Notes: generated by a model not told the origin, from the letters alone. Shown: positions 1 to 8,160, counted from the first letter of the stretch. The stretch is DNA of 64,000 bases from an archaeon BMS3Abin17 (GCA_002897655.1 BDTJ01000031.1:19497-83496), one strand, 5' to 3'. Made by a program: numbers and translations.

Positions 1-1
1 A

Positions 2-193
2 TTATATAATGCGTTTGAAACGGAAACGCATGCAGATAAATTTTTTAAGGATTTAGGTTTTTCTATTGAAAAATACTCTATGTATGATGGAAGTTATGAG
101 TTATCTGTTTTAAAAAATTTGCCAGAAGATGCAAAGAATAATGCCCTTGGAGCATTAAAATCAGGTCATATCTATGTTGCAAGATTAAAATAG
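2..193 (+). CDS. 3' end of a CDS that begins upstream of the window (hypothetical protein)
   Basis: The frame is open from the window edge to TAG at 191-193. No recognisable motif. Confidence 0.35.
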   Translation, partial: LYNAFETETHADKFFKDLGFSIEKYSMYDGSYELSVLKNLPEDAKNNALGALKSGHIYVARLK

Positions 194-493
194 TCCATAA
201 GAAATAGATAAGAAAAATTTGGGCAAAGCCTTTTATCTTTTGTTAGACTAAATTTTAATTTCGTTGATTTTCTCGTTGGTCGGATAAAAGAAGTTTTTCT
301 GCGAGGAGAAGCCGAGACTATCTGTCCGTTAGGACTAAGGAAATCTCCATATAAATCTCAAAATCTTTGATTTTGACTATCTGTTTTCTTGAAAAGAAAA
401 CCTGCGCGCGTCTCTCCTATTGGGTAGGGGAAAAATATTATTTCCCATTTCTTTGTATTAACTTTATCTTGTAGGCATTCTCAAAAATTGAAA

Positions 494-698
494 CTAACAT
501 TGCGATTAAGAGAAGTAAATCCAAAGGATTTATTTCCCCAAACTTTTCCTCGCGAATGTAATGAGCAGAGCTGAAAAGTGAGGGCGTAGCGAACTGCAAG
601 TGAGCGGAGTTTTAATCGCTGTTAGTAGAGTTTTTTCGTAGAAAAAACCGAGCCAGAATGCAATGTCCCGAAGACGAAGTCGAAGGGCTGGCGAAGAG
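494..698 (+). repeat. Structured intergenic repeat, E-type copy 1
   Basis: Outer arms CTAACA (494-499) and TGTTAG (620-625). Inner arms GCGATTAA and TTAATCGC, with a 2-nt TT bulge. Internal hairpins AAATCC/GGATTT and ACTTTTC/GAAAAGT, then G-T6-C-GTA-G-A6-C at 630-648. About 95% identical to copy 2 outside the central segment. Confidence 0.8.
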
Positions 699-720
699 TA
701 AAAATTTTGTGACCAAAAGA

Positions 721-730
721 TTTATATACT
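721..730 (+). promoter_or_regulatory. Candidate archaeal TATA box for a leaderless transcript starting near ATG 751
   Basis: TTTATATACT is centred about 26 nt upstream of ATG 751. Confidence 0.35.
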
Positions 731-750
731 ACTATAAAGTTACTAATTTT

Positions 751-1092
751 ATGAAAGAAAAAATAATTATAAGTGGATTTTGTCCAGAAATAACTCGAGG
801 AGGAGCATTTGATTTAGAGAAAATTTTAGATATATCTCCACGAGTCTTGGCTAGTGATGAAAAACCACATTATAAAGATAGCCAGAGAACAGAAGTAGGA
901 AAAGTTACTGGGATAAAACAAGGTTATCTATTTAAGAATAAATATTCTCTGAGGACGAGTGGAGGAAATGTTCCTCTAAAATTTGGAAGGAGAGATGAGG
1001 AAGATCCAAATGATTCGCGAACTCCGAGAGTTATATTAAGTTTAGAAGATAATTATTTTTTTAGAAAAGAAATGGTTGAACAATACGAATAA
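751..1092 (+). CDS. Hypothetical protein (orphan small ORF between repeat copies E1 and E2)
   Basis: The ORF track gives 658..1092, but the first 31 codons lie inside the E1 repeat. Met32 (MKEKIIISGF...) follows a TATA-like box. No family recognised. Confidence 0.5.
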   Translation: MKEKIIISGFCPEITRGGAFDLEKILDISPRVLASDEKPHYKDSQRTEVGKVTGIKQGYLFKNKYSLRTSGGNVPLKFGRRDEEDPNDSRTPRVILSLEDNYFFRKEMVEQYE

Positions 1093-1106
1093 GCAAAATT
1101 TTTATT

Positions 1107-1291
1107 TCTACTAACATCGGGCTTAAGAGAAGTAAATCCGAAGGATTTATTTCCCCGTAGGTTTTGAGGCAACCCACAAAACCGAAGGGCGTAGCGAACT
1201 GCAAGTAAGCGAAGTTTTAATCGCTGTTAGTAGAGTTTTTTCGTAGAAAAAACCGAGCCAGAGTGCAACGTCCCGAAGGGCTGGCGAAGAG
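1107..1291 (+). repeat. Structured intergenic repeat, E-type copy 2
   Basis: 10-bp perfect inverted termini TCTACTAACA (1107-1116) and TGTTAGTAGA (1225-1234). The central hairpin GGTTTTG/CAAAACC replaces the E1 hairpin. G-T6-C-GTA-G-A6-C hairpin at 1235-1253. Starts 15 nt after the stop codon at 1092. Confidence 0.8.
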
Positions 1292-1396
1292 TTTCCAATC
1301 TCCGAAAATTCTTTGATATCGTAGTTGTTGAAAAATAGTTATTCACTCTAAAGTGGTAAAAGAACCGAAAGATTTTTAAAGAACCCATTTATCCTA

Positions 1397-2011
1397 ATGA
1401 TAAGGAAAAATAAAATGGCTACAGGATATACAGCAATCATTGGTGAGAAAGAAGATGTTTCATTTAGAGAATTCGCTCTAAAATGCTCAAGAGCTTTTGG
1501 AGCATTAGTTGAAATGAGAGACGAACCAATGGATGCACCAATTCCAAGCGAATTCAAACCTAGTTCTTATCATAAAGATGTATTCGCAAAAGCATGTAAG
1601 GCATTTTATGGAACAATTGGCATGCGTAACGACGAAGCAGAGAGATTGGCAAATGAAAATTATGTGAGCCAACTTGAAAGCCATTCTGAATATATTCAAA
1701 AAGATAAAAATTTATCTGTAAAATATGGTGGAATGTTGGCGAAAGTTGCAAAATGGCAATCTCCAAGTTCAGACCATGATAGTTATAGAGATTTTATGAT
1801 AAGCCAATTAGAAGAAAGTTTACAACACGATTGTGGATACAATCATGATGCTCCAAAAAAAATGACGGGGGCAGAATACAGAAGCAATCTTGTTGAAAGT
1901 GCAAAAAGAGATATGGATTATCATAAAAAAGAATTTGCTGAGGAAGTGAAGCGTGCTAAAGGAAGGACTAAATGGGTTCAAGATTTGGTAACAAATCTTC
2001 CAAAAGATTAA
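1397..2011 (+). CDS. Hypothetical protein (alternative start at 1415, MATGYTAIIG...)
   Basis: 204-aa ORF with ordinary composition. An AAGGA-like purine tract precedes ATG 1415. No family recognised. Confidence 0.55.
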   Translation: MIRKNKMATGYTAIIGEKEDVSFREFALKCSRAFGALVEMRDEPMDAPIPSEFKPSSYHKDVFAKACKAFYGTIGMRNDEAERLANENYVSQLESHSEYIQKDKNLSVKYGGMLAKVAKWQSPSSDHDSYRDFMISQLEESLQHDCGYNHDAPKKMTGAEYRSNLVESAKRDMDYHKKEFAEEVKRAKGRTKWVQDLVTNLPKD

Positions 2012-2046
2012 ATTTTTCGGTTCTACTATTTTTATTTTTCAACAAT

Positions 2047-2120
2047 TTCGTTTAATCAGCGATGTTATCTGAAGTTGCACACAAGTAAAAAAACAATTTC
2101 AGATTGGAGCGTTAAACGAA
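2047..2120 (+). repeat. Hairpin repeat, F-type copy 1
   Basis: Arms TTCGTTTAA (2047-2055) and TTAAACGAA (2112-2120). The flanks (TTTTATTTTTCAACAATTTCGTTTAATCAGCG ... GGAGCGTTAAACGAAG) recur at 3901-3972. Lies about 35 nt after the stop at 2011. Confidence 0.7.
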
Positions 2121-2178
2121 GATATCAAAATCAGAATTTTTGGTTTACCGACGCTGAGGAGGAGATTGGAAATTTCTA

Positions 2179-2348
2179 CTAACATCGGAATTTAACGAAG
2201 TTTGATTTTCCCTCGTGGAGCGAAGCGGAACAGAGCTGGAAAATCAAATTTGGGAAAAATGCGAGCCGAGCATTTTTCCGTTAAATTCCTGTTAATTGCC
2301 CCGAGCCGAAGGCGAGAGCGCAGCGTAGTCGAGGCGAAGCCGAAGAAG
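2179..2348 (+). repeat. Structured intergenic repeat, E-type copy 3 (diverged)
   Basis: CTAACA (2179-2184), TC bulge, GGAATTTAACG (2187-2197), pairing with CGTTAAATTCC-TGTTA (2279-2294). Followed by a purine/GC-rich tail, GAGCGCAGCGTAGTCGAGGCGAAGCCGAAG. Confidence 0.7.
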
Positions 2349-2411
2349 TTTTCAAAAATCCGTCATCAAGAACGAAGTTCCGTTAATAAAAATATTAAGA
2401 GGAAAGAAAAC

Positions 2412-2879
2412 TTAATGTCCACATTCACAAACTGGATGTGGATCATAATCTCCTTCAAATGTTGGAAGGGGTTTTGGATTTAGAAGCTCTTCTCTTAAAA
2501 TTGAAAGTAAATTTTCTCTACCATAATGCTGAGGAAATGTTTCAGCAGTTTCTCCATGGTCAAAAGGAATTTGTTTAATTTCTTTTCTAGAAAATTTACT
2601 TCTTTCTAATGCATAAGCAAGACATTCTGGTTTCCCTACATGATCTGCCCAAATTGTGTAGGGTCTTCCTTTTATGGTCATAGTTTCATAATCCTGTCTT
2701 GCTTGTCTAAAAACAGCATTTTCTAATGCTCCTTCAATTGAAGAATCGTCAATTATTTCATGGTCATATAAAAAAGTTAGAGTTTTTTGATTTTGTCTTG
2801 CATAACTATCAAGCATAAGAATACTAACTTTTTTTAAATCTTCAATTGTTGCTGTTTTTAGTGCATCGTTTAGAGACAT
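2412..2879 (-). CDS. Hypothetical protein
   Basis: 155-aa ORF with normal composition, flanked by E3 and E4. No family recognised. Confidence 0.55.
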   Translation of the reverse strand: MSLNDALKTATIEDLKKVSILMLDSYARQNQKTLTFLYDHEIIDDSSIEGALENAVFRQARQDYETMTIKGRPYTIWADHVGKPECLAYALERSKFSRKEIKQIPFDHGETAETFPQHYGRENLLSILREELLNPKPLPTFEGDYDPHPVCECGH

Positions 2880-2955
2880 AATGTAAGAGGAGAGCTTCAG
2901 TTATTTAAAGTTTTCTTTTCCCTATCACAATAATAGGATTTTTGAAAATTGCAAT

Positions 2956-3210
2956 TAACATTGGATTTAAAGAAGTTCTTGAGCCCTCGAAAATTTTAAT
3001 TCAAATAAAGGAAAAATTTTCAGAGCTGGCGAAAGAATTTGGGAGAGCGACGGCGGGAGCGAACCTTTAAATCCTTGTTCAACGACCTGAGCGAACAAAG
3101 AATATTGTGAACGAAAGCGCAGCGGGGCACGAGTGGAGCAACTTCCCCTTTGCGACCTCGTGAGTTGAAATTTGCCCACGACCGATTTCTTCGCGTAGTT
3201 GCTGAAAACG
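2956..3210 (+). repeat. Structured intergenic repeat, E-type copy 4 (diverged)
   Basis: TAACA (2956-2960), TT bulge, GGATTTAAAG (2963-2972), pairing with CTTTAAATCC (3065-3074) and TGTT (3076-3079). The GC-rich tail includes GAAAGCGCAGCGGGGCACGAG. Confidence 0.65.
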
Positions 3211-3319
3211 TTTTAAAATTGTCTTTGTCTTAGAGCGCGCTTTTTTGCCTTCTTTTTTTCTAAAAAAGAAGATGGGTACTTTTAGATAATTTAATAAATG
3301 TATTCAATTAATTATTATA

Positions 3320-3808
3320 ATGGAAATAAGAAAAGCTAATAAAAAAGATTTCGAAGAACTTTTGAAGTTGATTTTGAAATGTACAATTTATCACCATGAA
3401 TTAGACAAAAAAAATGTGGGCGGCAAAAAATTAAAAAGAGGTTCTATTAAAGAACTAAAAGAAAATGAAACAAAAATCCTAAAAGAAGATCTCAAAAACT
3501 CTTCTACAACAATTTTTATTGCAATTAAAGAAAAGAAGATTGTGGGGTTTATCACTCTCTCTTTTCCATCAAAAAATGCAAATATTAAATCAAAACGAGG
3601 AGAAATAAATGATTTGTTTATTTTAAAAGAGTATAGAAAAAAAGGAATAGGTAAAATGCTTCTCAAGAAAGCCCTCACTTTTTTTAGATTAAAAAAAGTG
3701 AAATTAATTTTGTTGAATGTGGATTCAAATAATTTCTCTGCATTAAAATTTTATGAAAAAATTGGCTTCAAAGAATGTATGAAAAGAATTGGCTTTTATA
3801 TAGAATAA
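3320..3808 (+). CDS. GNAT-family N-acetyltransferase
   Basis: Acetyl-CoA-binding motif YRKKGIGKMLL. GNAT-like beta strand IVGFITLSF. C-terminal NxxALKFYEKIGF motif. Confidence 0.85.
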   Translation: MEIRKANKKDFEELLKLILKCTIYHHELDKKNVGGKKLKRGSIKELKENETKILKEDLKNSSTTIFIAIKEKKIVGFITLSFPSKNANIKSKRGEINDLFILKEYRKKGIGKMLLKKALTFFRLKKVKLILLNVDSNNFSALKFYEKIGFKECMKRIGFYIE

Positions 3809-3838
3809 GTATTAAATCAGAAAAATTTTGGCGAAGCC

Positions 3839-3971
3839 GACTATCTGTTTTCGTAGAAAACTCGCGCGCTCTTGTCTTTTGTTTTGACAATTTTAGTTTT
3901 TTATTTTCAGCAATTTCGTTTAATCAGCGTGTTATGCGATTTTTTAATTTAGCATTGGAGCGTTAAACGAA
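3839..3971 (+). repeat. Composite repeat: G-type module (GACTATCTGTTTTCGTAGAAAAC-CGCGCGC) plus F-type copy 2
   Basis: 3839-3873 matches 375-416 (GACTATCTGTTTTCTTGAAAAGAAAACCTGCGCGCG). Hairpin GTTTTC-GTA-GAAAAC at 3847-3861. F arms TTCGTTTAA (3915-3923) and TTAAACGAA (3963-3971). Confidence 0.7.
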
Positions 3972-3998
3972 GCAAGGAATCATAAGGTCGTGGGTTTA

Positions 3999-4026
3999 TC
4001 GACGGTGCTTTTATTTTTACCGTCGA
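3999..4026 (+). terminator. Stem-loop (8-bp stem TCGACGGT/ACCGTCGA) followed by a T-rich tract; possible terminator or structural element
   Basis: Perfect 8-bp inverted repeat with a 12-nt T-rich loop, between the repeat array and the recombinase gene. Confidence 0.4.
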
Positions 4027-4049
4027 CAAATTTCAATTTTGATGAACAT

Positions 4050-4082
4050 ATATTAAATCTACTTTATTAGGAGATTTAATAT
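4050..4082. promoter_or_regulatory. Perfect 11-bp inverted repeat with an 11-nt spacer; candidate recombinase core site or operator
   Basis: ATATTAAATCT (4050-4060), ACTTTATTAGG, AGATTTAATAT (4072-4082). Lies 57 nt upstream of the recombinase ATG. Confidence 0.4.
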
Positions 4083-4138
4083 TACACTCAGGAGTATTGA
4101 CATATATTTAAATAAGATTTTTATTTTAAAGTTCTAAA

Positions 4139-4966
4139 ATGGATTATACTGATTTAAATCAAAAACATCTTGAAGAATTGAAAAATATTTGTATTCTAAA
4201 GGGATTTAGCAAGCAAACAATTAAGGCATATTACTACAATGTTAAAAGATTTTTGGATTTTATTGCTAAAAGTGGGCTTAATCTTGAAAATAATGCTATT
4301 AAGTCTTATCTTCTCACTCTAAACCTCTCTGTTAATTCAATGAGACTGCAATATGCCTCATTAAGATTCTTTTTTGCAGAGATTCTAAAAAAACCCTTTA
4401 CTACAGCAGATGTTCCTATCAAAAAGAAAGAGAAAATACTTCCAAAACTTCTTAGCAAAGAACAAATTAAAAAACTTATTGAAGCTACAGATAATCTCAA
4501 ACATAAGTTAATTGTTAAGTTGCTCTATTCCTCTGGGCTTAGATTAGGCGAACTTCTTAATCTCAAGAGGAAAGACTTGGATTTTGAGAGAAATATTCTT
4601 TATATAAGAAAAGGTAAAGGGAAAAAAGACAGAATCACATTAATTTCTGAAAACTTAAAACTAGATTTATTAAACTATTATAGTAAAAATACTTTTAAAA
4701 CAGAATATATTCTTGAAGGAAGAAATGGAAAATACACCAAAAAATCAGTTCAAAAAGTATTGGATAACCTTGGAAAGAAAATTGGAACAAAAGTCCATCC
4801 TCATATGTTAAGACACTCTTTTGCAACACATTTACTTGATTCAGGAACAGATATAAGACATATTCAGAAACTTTTAGGCCATAGCGATATTTCCACTACA
4901 GAAATTTACACCCATGTTTCAAACAAAGATTTATCAAACATAAGATCCCCTTTAGATAATATATGA
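4139..4966 (+). CDS. Tyrosine site-specific recombinase (XerA/XerC/XerD-like integrase)
   Basis: N-terminal SAM-like core-binding domain. Catalytic signature SGLRLGELLNL (Arg), HMLRHSFATHLL (H-x-x-R), LLGHSDISTTEIYTH (His and Tyr). 275 aa. Confidence 0.9.
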   Translation: MDYTDLNQKHLEELKNICILKGFSKQTIKAYYYNVKRFLDFIAKSGLNLENNAIKSYLLTLNLSVNSMRLQYASLRFFFAEILKKPFTTADVPIKKKEKILPKLLSKEQIKKLIEATDNLKHKLIVKLLYSSGLRLGELLNLKRKDLDFERNILYIRKGKGKKDRITLISENLKLDLLNYYSKNTFKTEYILEGRNGKYTKKSVQKVLDNLGKKIGTKVHPHMLRHSFATHLLDSGTDIRHIQKLLGHSDISTTEIYTHVSNKDLSNIRSPLDNI

Positions 4967-4987
4967 TACAACAAAAATCAAAAATTT

Positions 4988-5449
4988 TTGAGCATGATTT
5001 TAATAAGGAGGAGTATAATTAAAATCATATACACAAATTCAGATGGTGGTGCAAGAGGCAATCCTGGTCCAGGAGCTATTGGAGTGATTGTCAGGCGTGA
5101 TGGACATATTCTTACAAAATACAGCAAGAAGATTGGGAATAATATTACAAACAATGTTGCAGAGTATGAAGCATTGATTAAAGCGCTTGAGCTGGCAAGC
5201 AAGTTTACAAAAGAAGATATAACTTGTATTCTTGATTCAGAACTTGTTGTGAATCAATTACTTGGAAAATACAGAGTTAGAAATCCAAGACTTCTTGAAT
5301 TATTTCTAAAAGTCCAAAAACTTCAGGAAAATTTCAGGAGAATAAAATACAAACATGCAAGTAGGGAGGATAAATTTCAAATCCTAGCTGATGAATTATT
5401 AAATGATGAACTTGACAGGCATGGCCATAAGAGGTATTATAGGAGGTGA
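4988..5449 (+). CDS. rnhA: Ribonuclease HI (type 1 RNase H)
   Basis: Motifs YTNSDGGARGNPGPGAIGV, TNNVAEYEALIKALELA and LDSELVVNQL match the RNase HI DEDD core. The exact start is uncertain. Confidence 0.8.
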   Translation: MSMILIRRSIIKIIYTNSDGGARGNPGPGAIGVIVRRDGHILTKYSKKIGNNITNNVAEYEALIKALELASKFTKEDITCILDSELVVNQLLGKYRVRNPRLLELFLKVQKLQENFRRIKYKHASREDKFQILADELLNDELDRHGHKRYYRR

Positions 5450-5741
5450 AGTTATTCTTTAATATTTTTAGGATAAATATATTCACAAGTACCTTTTTTA
5501 TAATCTATCTTTATTTCAAATAAAACCTCCCCATTATCTAAATTTCTTCTTGTCTTTGGTAAAACCCCTCTTGACTTATCGCAAGGACCAGAATGAATTC
5601 CATAAGGCAATCCTAACGCAATCTCTTGTGCCCTATACAGTCTTCCATATTTTTATCATACATAATCATAATAAAATTAATTAATATATAAATATTTATC
5701 TTTCTAAAAACATATTTAAACTGAATTTCCTTTTATCAATC

Positions 5742-7202
5742 ATGGGTCGTGAAGAGCAGATAATAAGCGAAAGAAAGAGGAAAATTGAAGAGCTTAAAAA
5801 ACAAGGGATTAATCCTTATCCTCACAAATTTGACAAGAAAGATAGTTGTGCCGAGTGTTTGAAATCAAAGTTAGGTAAAAAAGTAAAAACTGCCGGCAGA
5901 TTAATGATTAAAAGAGATTTAGGAAAAATCTCATTTTCTAAGCTCCAGGATGGTTCTGGAAAAATCCAAATTGTTTTGCAGGATAAAAAAACCCCTGAAA
6001 AGATAAAAAAATTCTTTAAGAAATATGTTGATACAGGGGATTTTATTGGGGTGGAAGGAAAGATATTCAAGACAAAAACAAAAGAAACTTCTATTCTGGT
6101 AAATAAAGTTGAATTATTAACAAAAGCCATTTTGCCTCTTCCTGAAAAATGGCACGGATTGCAGGACAAAGAAGACAGATACAGAAAAAGATATCTTGAT
6201 TTGGTTATGAATCCTGATGTAAAGAAGGTTTTTGAAAAGAGGACACAGGTTGTTGATTTAATAAGAGAATTTTTAGTGAAAAAAGGATATATTGAAACCC
6301 AAACACCAGTTTTACAGCCTATTTATGGAGGAGCATTTGCAAGACCATTTGAATCAAAATTAAATGCTTTAGACATTAAAGTATATATGAGGGTATCTAA
6401 TGAGCTTTACTTAAAGAGATTGATTGTTGGAGGATTTGAAAAAGTGTTTGAGTTTTCATTAGATTTTAGAAATGAGGGTATTGACAGAAGCCATAATCCA
6501 GAATTTATGCTGTTTGAAGCTATGACTGCCTATGATGATTATAAAGATGGAATGAAACTGATAGAAAATCTTACAGAGTATGTTGTAAAAAAAGTTAATG
6601 GAAGTACAAAGGTAAAATATCAAGGGGAAATAATTGACTTCAAAACCCCCTGGAAGAAAATAACTGTAAGAGATGCATTAAAAAAATATGCAAAAATTGA
6701 TATTGATAAAGCAAGTGATAAAGAATTAAAGAAAATTATTGATAAACAAAAGATAGAATTAAAAGCTGGTTTTGAAAGGGGAACTGTAATTAATGCATTA
6801 GTTGAAGAATTTTGTGAGAAGAACTTTATCCAACCAACAATTTTATATGACTATCCTATAGAAACATCTCCCTTGGCAAAACCTCACAGAAATAATCCAA
6901 AATATGTTGAAAGATTTGAACAGTTTGTAAATGGTTTTGAGATAGGGAATAATTATACTGAATTAAATGACCCTCAGCTCCTTTTAGATAATTGGAAAAA
7001 ACAAGAAGAAGAGGCAAAAAAAGGTGATGAAGAAGCACAGAGAATTGACAAGGATTTCATTAATGCATTAGAGGTTGGTATGCCCCCAACTTGCGGAATT
7101 GCAATAAGTATTGACAGGATGATTATGCTTCTTACAGACCAGCCTTCAATAAGAGATGTTATATTATTTCCATTCATGAAACCAGAGGAAAAATCTAAAT
7201 AG
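5742..7202 (+). CDS. lysS: Lysine--tRNA ligase, class II
   Basis: N-terminal OB anticodon-binding domain (GRLMIKRDLGKISFSKLQDGSGKIQIV). Class IIb motifs FRNEGIDRSHNPEFMLFE and GIAISIDRMIMLL. Confidence 0.92.
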   Translation: MGREEQIISERKRKIEELKKQGINPYPHKFDKKDSCAECLKSKLGKKVKTAGRLMIKRDLGKISFSKLQDGSGKIQIVLQDKKTPEKIKKFFKKYVDTGDFIGVEGKIFKTKTKETSILVNKVELLTKAILPLPEKWHGLQDKEDRYRKRYLDLVMNPDVKKVFEKRTQVVDLIREFLVKKGYIETQTPVLQPIYGGAFARPFESKLNALDIKVYMRVSNELYLKRLIVGGFEKVFEFSLDFRNEGIDRSHNPEFMLFEAMTAYDDYKDGMKLIENLTEYVVKKVNGSTKVKYQGEIIDFKTPWKKITVRDALKKYAKIDIDKASDKELKKIIDKQKIELKAGFERGTVINALVEEFCEKNFIQPTILYDYPIETSPLAKPHRNNPKYVERFEQFVNGFEIGNNYTELNDPQLLLDNWKKQEEEAKKGDEEAQRIDKDFINALEVGMPPTCGIAISIDRMIMLLTDQPSIRDVILFPFMKPEEKSK

Positions 7203-7251
7203 AAACATTTATATATGGGTTCATATATATCATTATATAAGTTTATATAAG

Positions 7252-7509
7252 ATGGCACAAATAATACACTACCCAAGTTTAAAAACCATGTTGATGATTG
7301 AGAAGGTTTTGAAAAATGCTGAGACAATTATTAGCAGAGAGGAGCTCAAAAGAAGATTACCTGTCAAGATTATGCACCAGACATTAAATATAATCCTAAA
7401 CTATTTAGAAGAAAGGAATATGATAATGGATGGACACAAGGGAATTTTATGGATATATAATCCAAGTCCAAAATTAAAAAGAGCTATTGAAAAAGGAACA
7501 GAAATCTAA
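7252..7509 (+). CDS. Small winged-helix-like protein; possible antitoxin partner of the downstream RelE/ParE-like gene
   Basis: 85 aa. Its stop lies 1 nt before the probable start of the next gene. Helix-rich with a basic patch. Confidence 0.45.
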   Translation: MAQIIHYPSLKTMLMIEKVLKNAETIISREELKRRLPVKIMHQTLNIILNYLEERNMIMDGHKGILWIYNPSPKLKRAIEKGTEI

Positions 7510-7510
7510 G

Positions 7511-7861
7511 ATGTATAAAAATAAAGAAGTAAGCATAAAATTATCAGAGGAGGCTAATGATGTTTATGAAGAATTAAATAAGCTAGTTGGTGAAGAAAAA
7601 AGAAAAGAAATAAATAGTTCATTTCATCAAACTTTATTAAGGTCAATTAAGAGAGTAAAAGAATTATTAAAAAATAATCCCTTTGCAGGAGACCAAGTTC
7701 AAAGGAGACAATTGCCAAAAAAGTATCTTAAAGAATATGATGCTGATAATGTCTGGAGAATAGAATTAGCTAACAGATGGAGATTAATATATACTATAAC
7801 AGGAAATAAAGTAGAAATAATAACTTTTGTAATGGATATCTTCAATCATAAAAAATTATGA
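7511..7861 (+). CDS. RelE/ParE-superfamily toxin-like protein
   Basis: The C-terminal NPFAGD...NVWRIELANRWRLIYTITGNKVEIITFVMDIFNH matches the RelE/ParE fold signature. The ORF track start is 7487; Met at 7511 avoids the overlap. Confidence 0.6.
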   Translation: MYKNKEVSIKLSEEANDVYEELNKLVGEEKRKEINSSFHQTLLRSIKRVKELLKNNPFAGDQVQRRQLPKKYLKEYDADNVWRIELANRWRLIYTITGNKVEIITFVMDIFNHKKL

Positions 7862-7892
7862 TAAAGTATTTAGATATAAACATTGAATAAAA

Positions 7893-8159
7893 ATGGGATT
7901 AATGAAAAAAATAAGAGAAGAATGGGAACAAATTGATAAAAATATTAAGTTTAAGATAGCTTTAGGTAAAAAGGGGGCTACATGGGAAGATAAAAGTAAA
8001 TATGGATTTAAAAGTATGATCCCTGAGGATTTGACATTCCTCAAATTTATCGGTAAACTTGCTACTTATACAGCATACAAGTGCTTTCACCCAATTAAGA
8101 CAACTAAAGGAGAGTATTATTCAATGGGAGAAATAAATAAACCTTCTGATATATTTTAA
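7893..8159 (+). CDS. Hypothetical protein
   Basis: 88-aa ORF in a co-directional gene string. No motif recognised. Confidence 0.4.
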   Translation: MGLMKKIREEWEQIDKNIKFKIALGKKGATWEDKSKYGFKSMIPEDLTFLKFIGKLATYTAYKCFHPIKTTKGEYYSMGEINKPSDIF

Positions 8160-8160
8160 A

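Noticed and set aside
658-750. N-terminal 31 codons of track ORF 658..1092 (MQCPEDEVEGLAKSKNFVTKRFIYYYKVTNF)
   Set aside because: This stretch lies inside repeat E1 and is duplicated non-codingly at 1255-1291 after the gene. The coding region more plausibly starts at Met 751, behind a TATA-like box.
2202-2483. Track ORFs 2202..2483(+), 2967..3179(-) and 3775..3966(+), which span the repeat modules
   Set aside because: They consist almost entirely of repeat sequence and have Arg/Ser/Glu-rich unnatural composition. Their frames are not preserved between repeat copies. I treat them as non-coding structured DNA/RNA.
200-4100. CRISPR array or DGR template/variable repeats as an explanation for the repeats
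   Set aside because: The units are over 100 nt, imperfect, internally palindromic and irregularly spaced (617, 1066 and 777 nt) with whole genes between them, so this is not CRISPR. There is no reverse transcriptase and no A-to-N mismatch pattern between copies, so it is not a DGR.
4139-4966. Labelling the recombinase an integron integrase (IntI)
   Set aside because: At 275 aa it is the size of XerA/XerC/XerD, and I cannot identify the IntI-specific extra domain by eye. I keep it as a generic tyrosine recombinase and leave the integron idea as a testable hypothesis.
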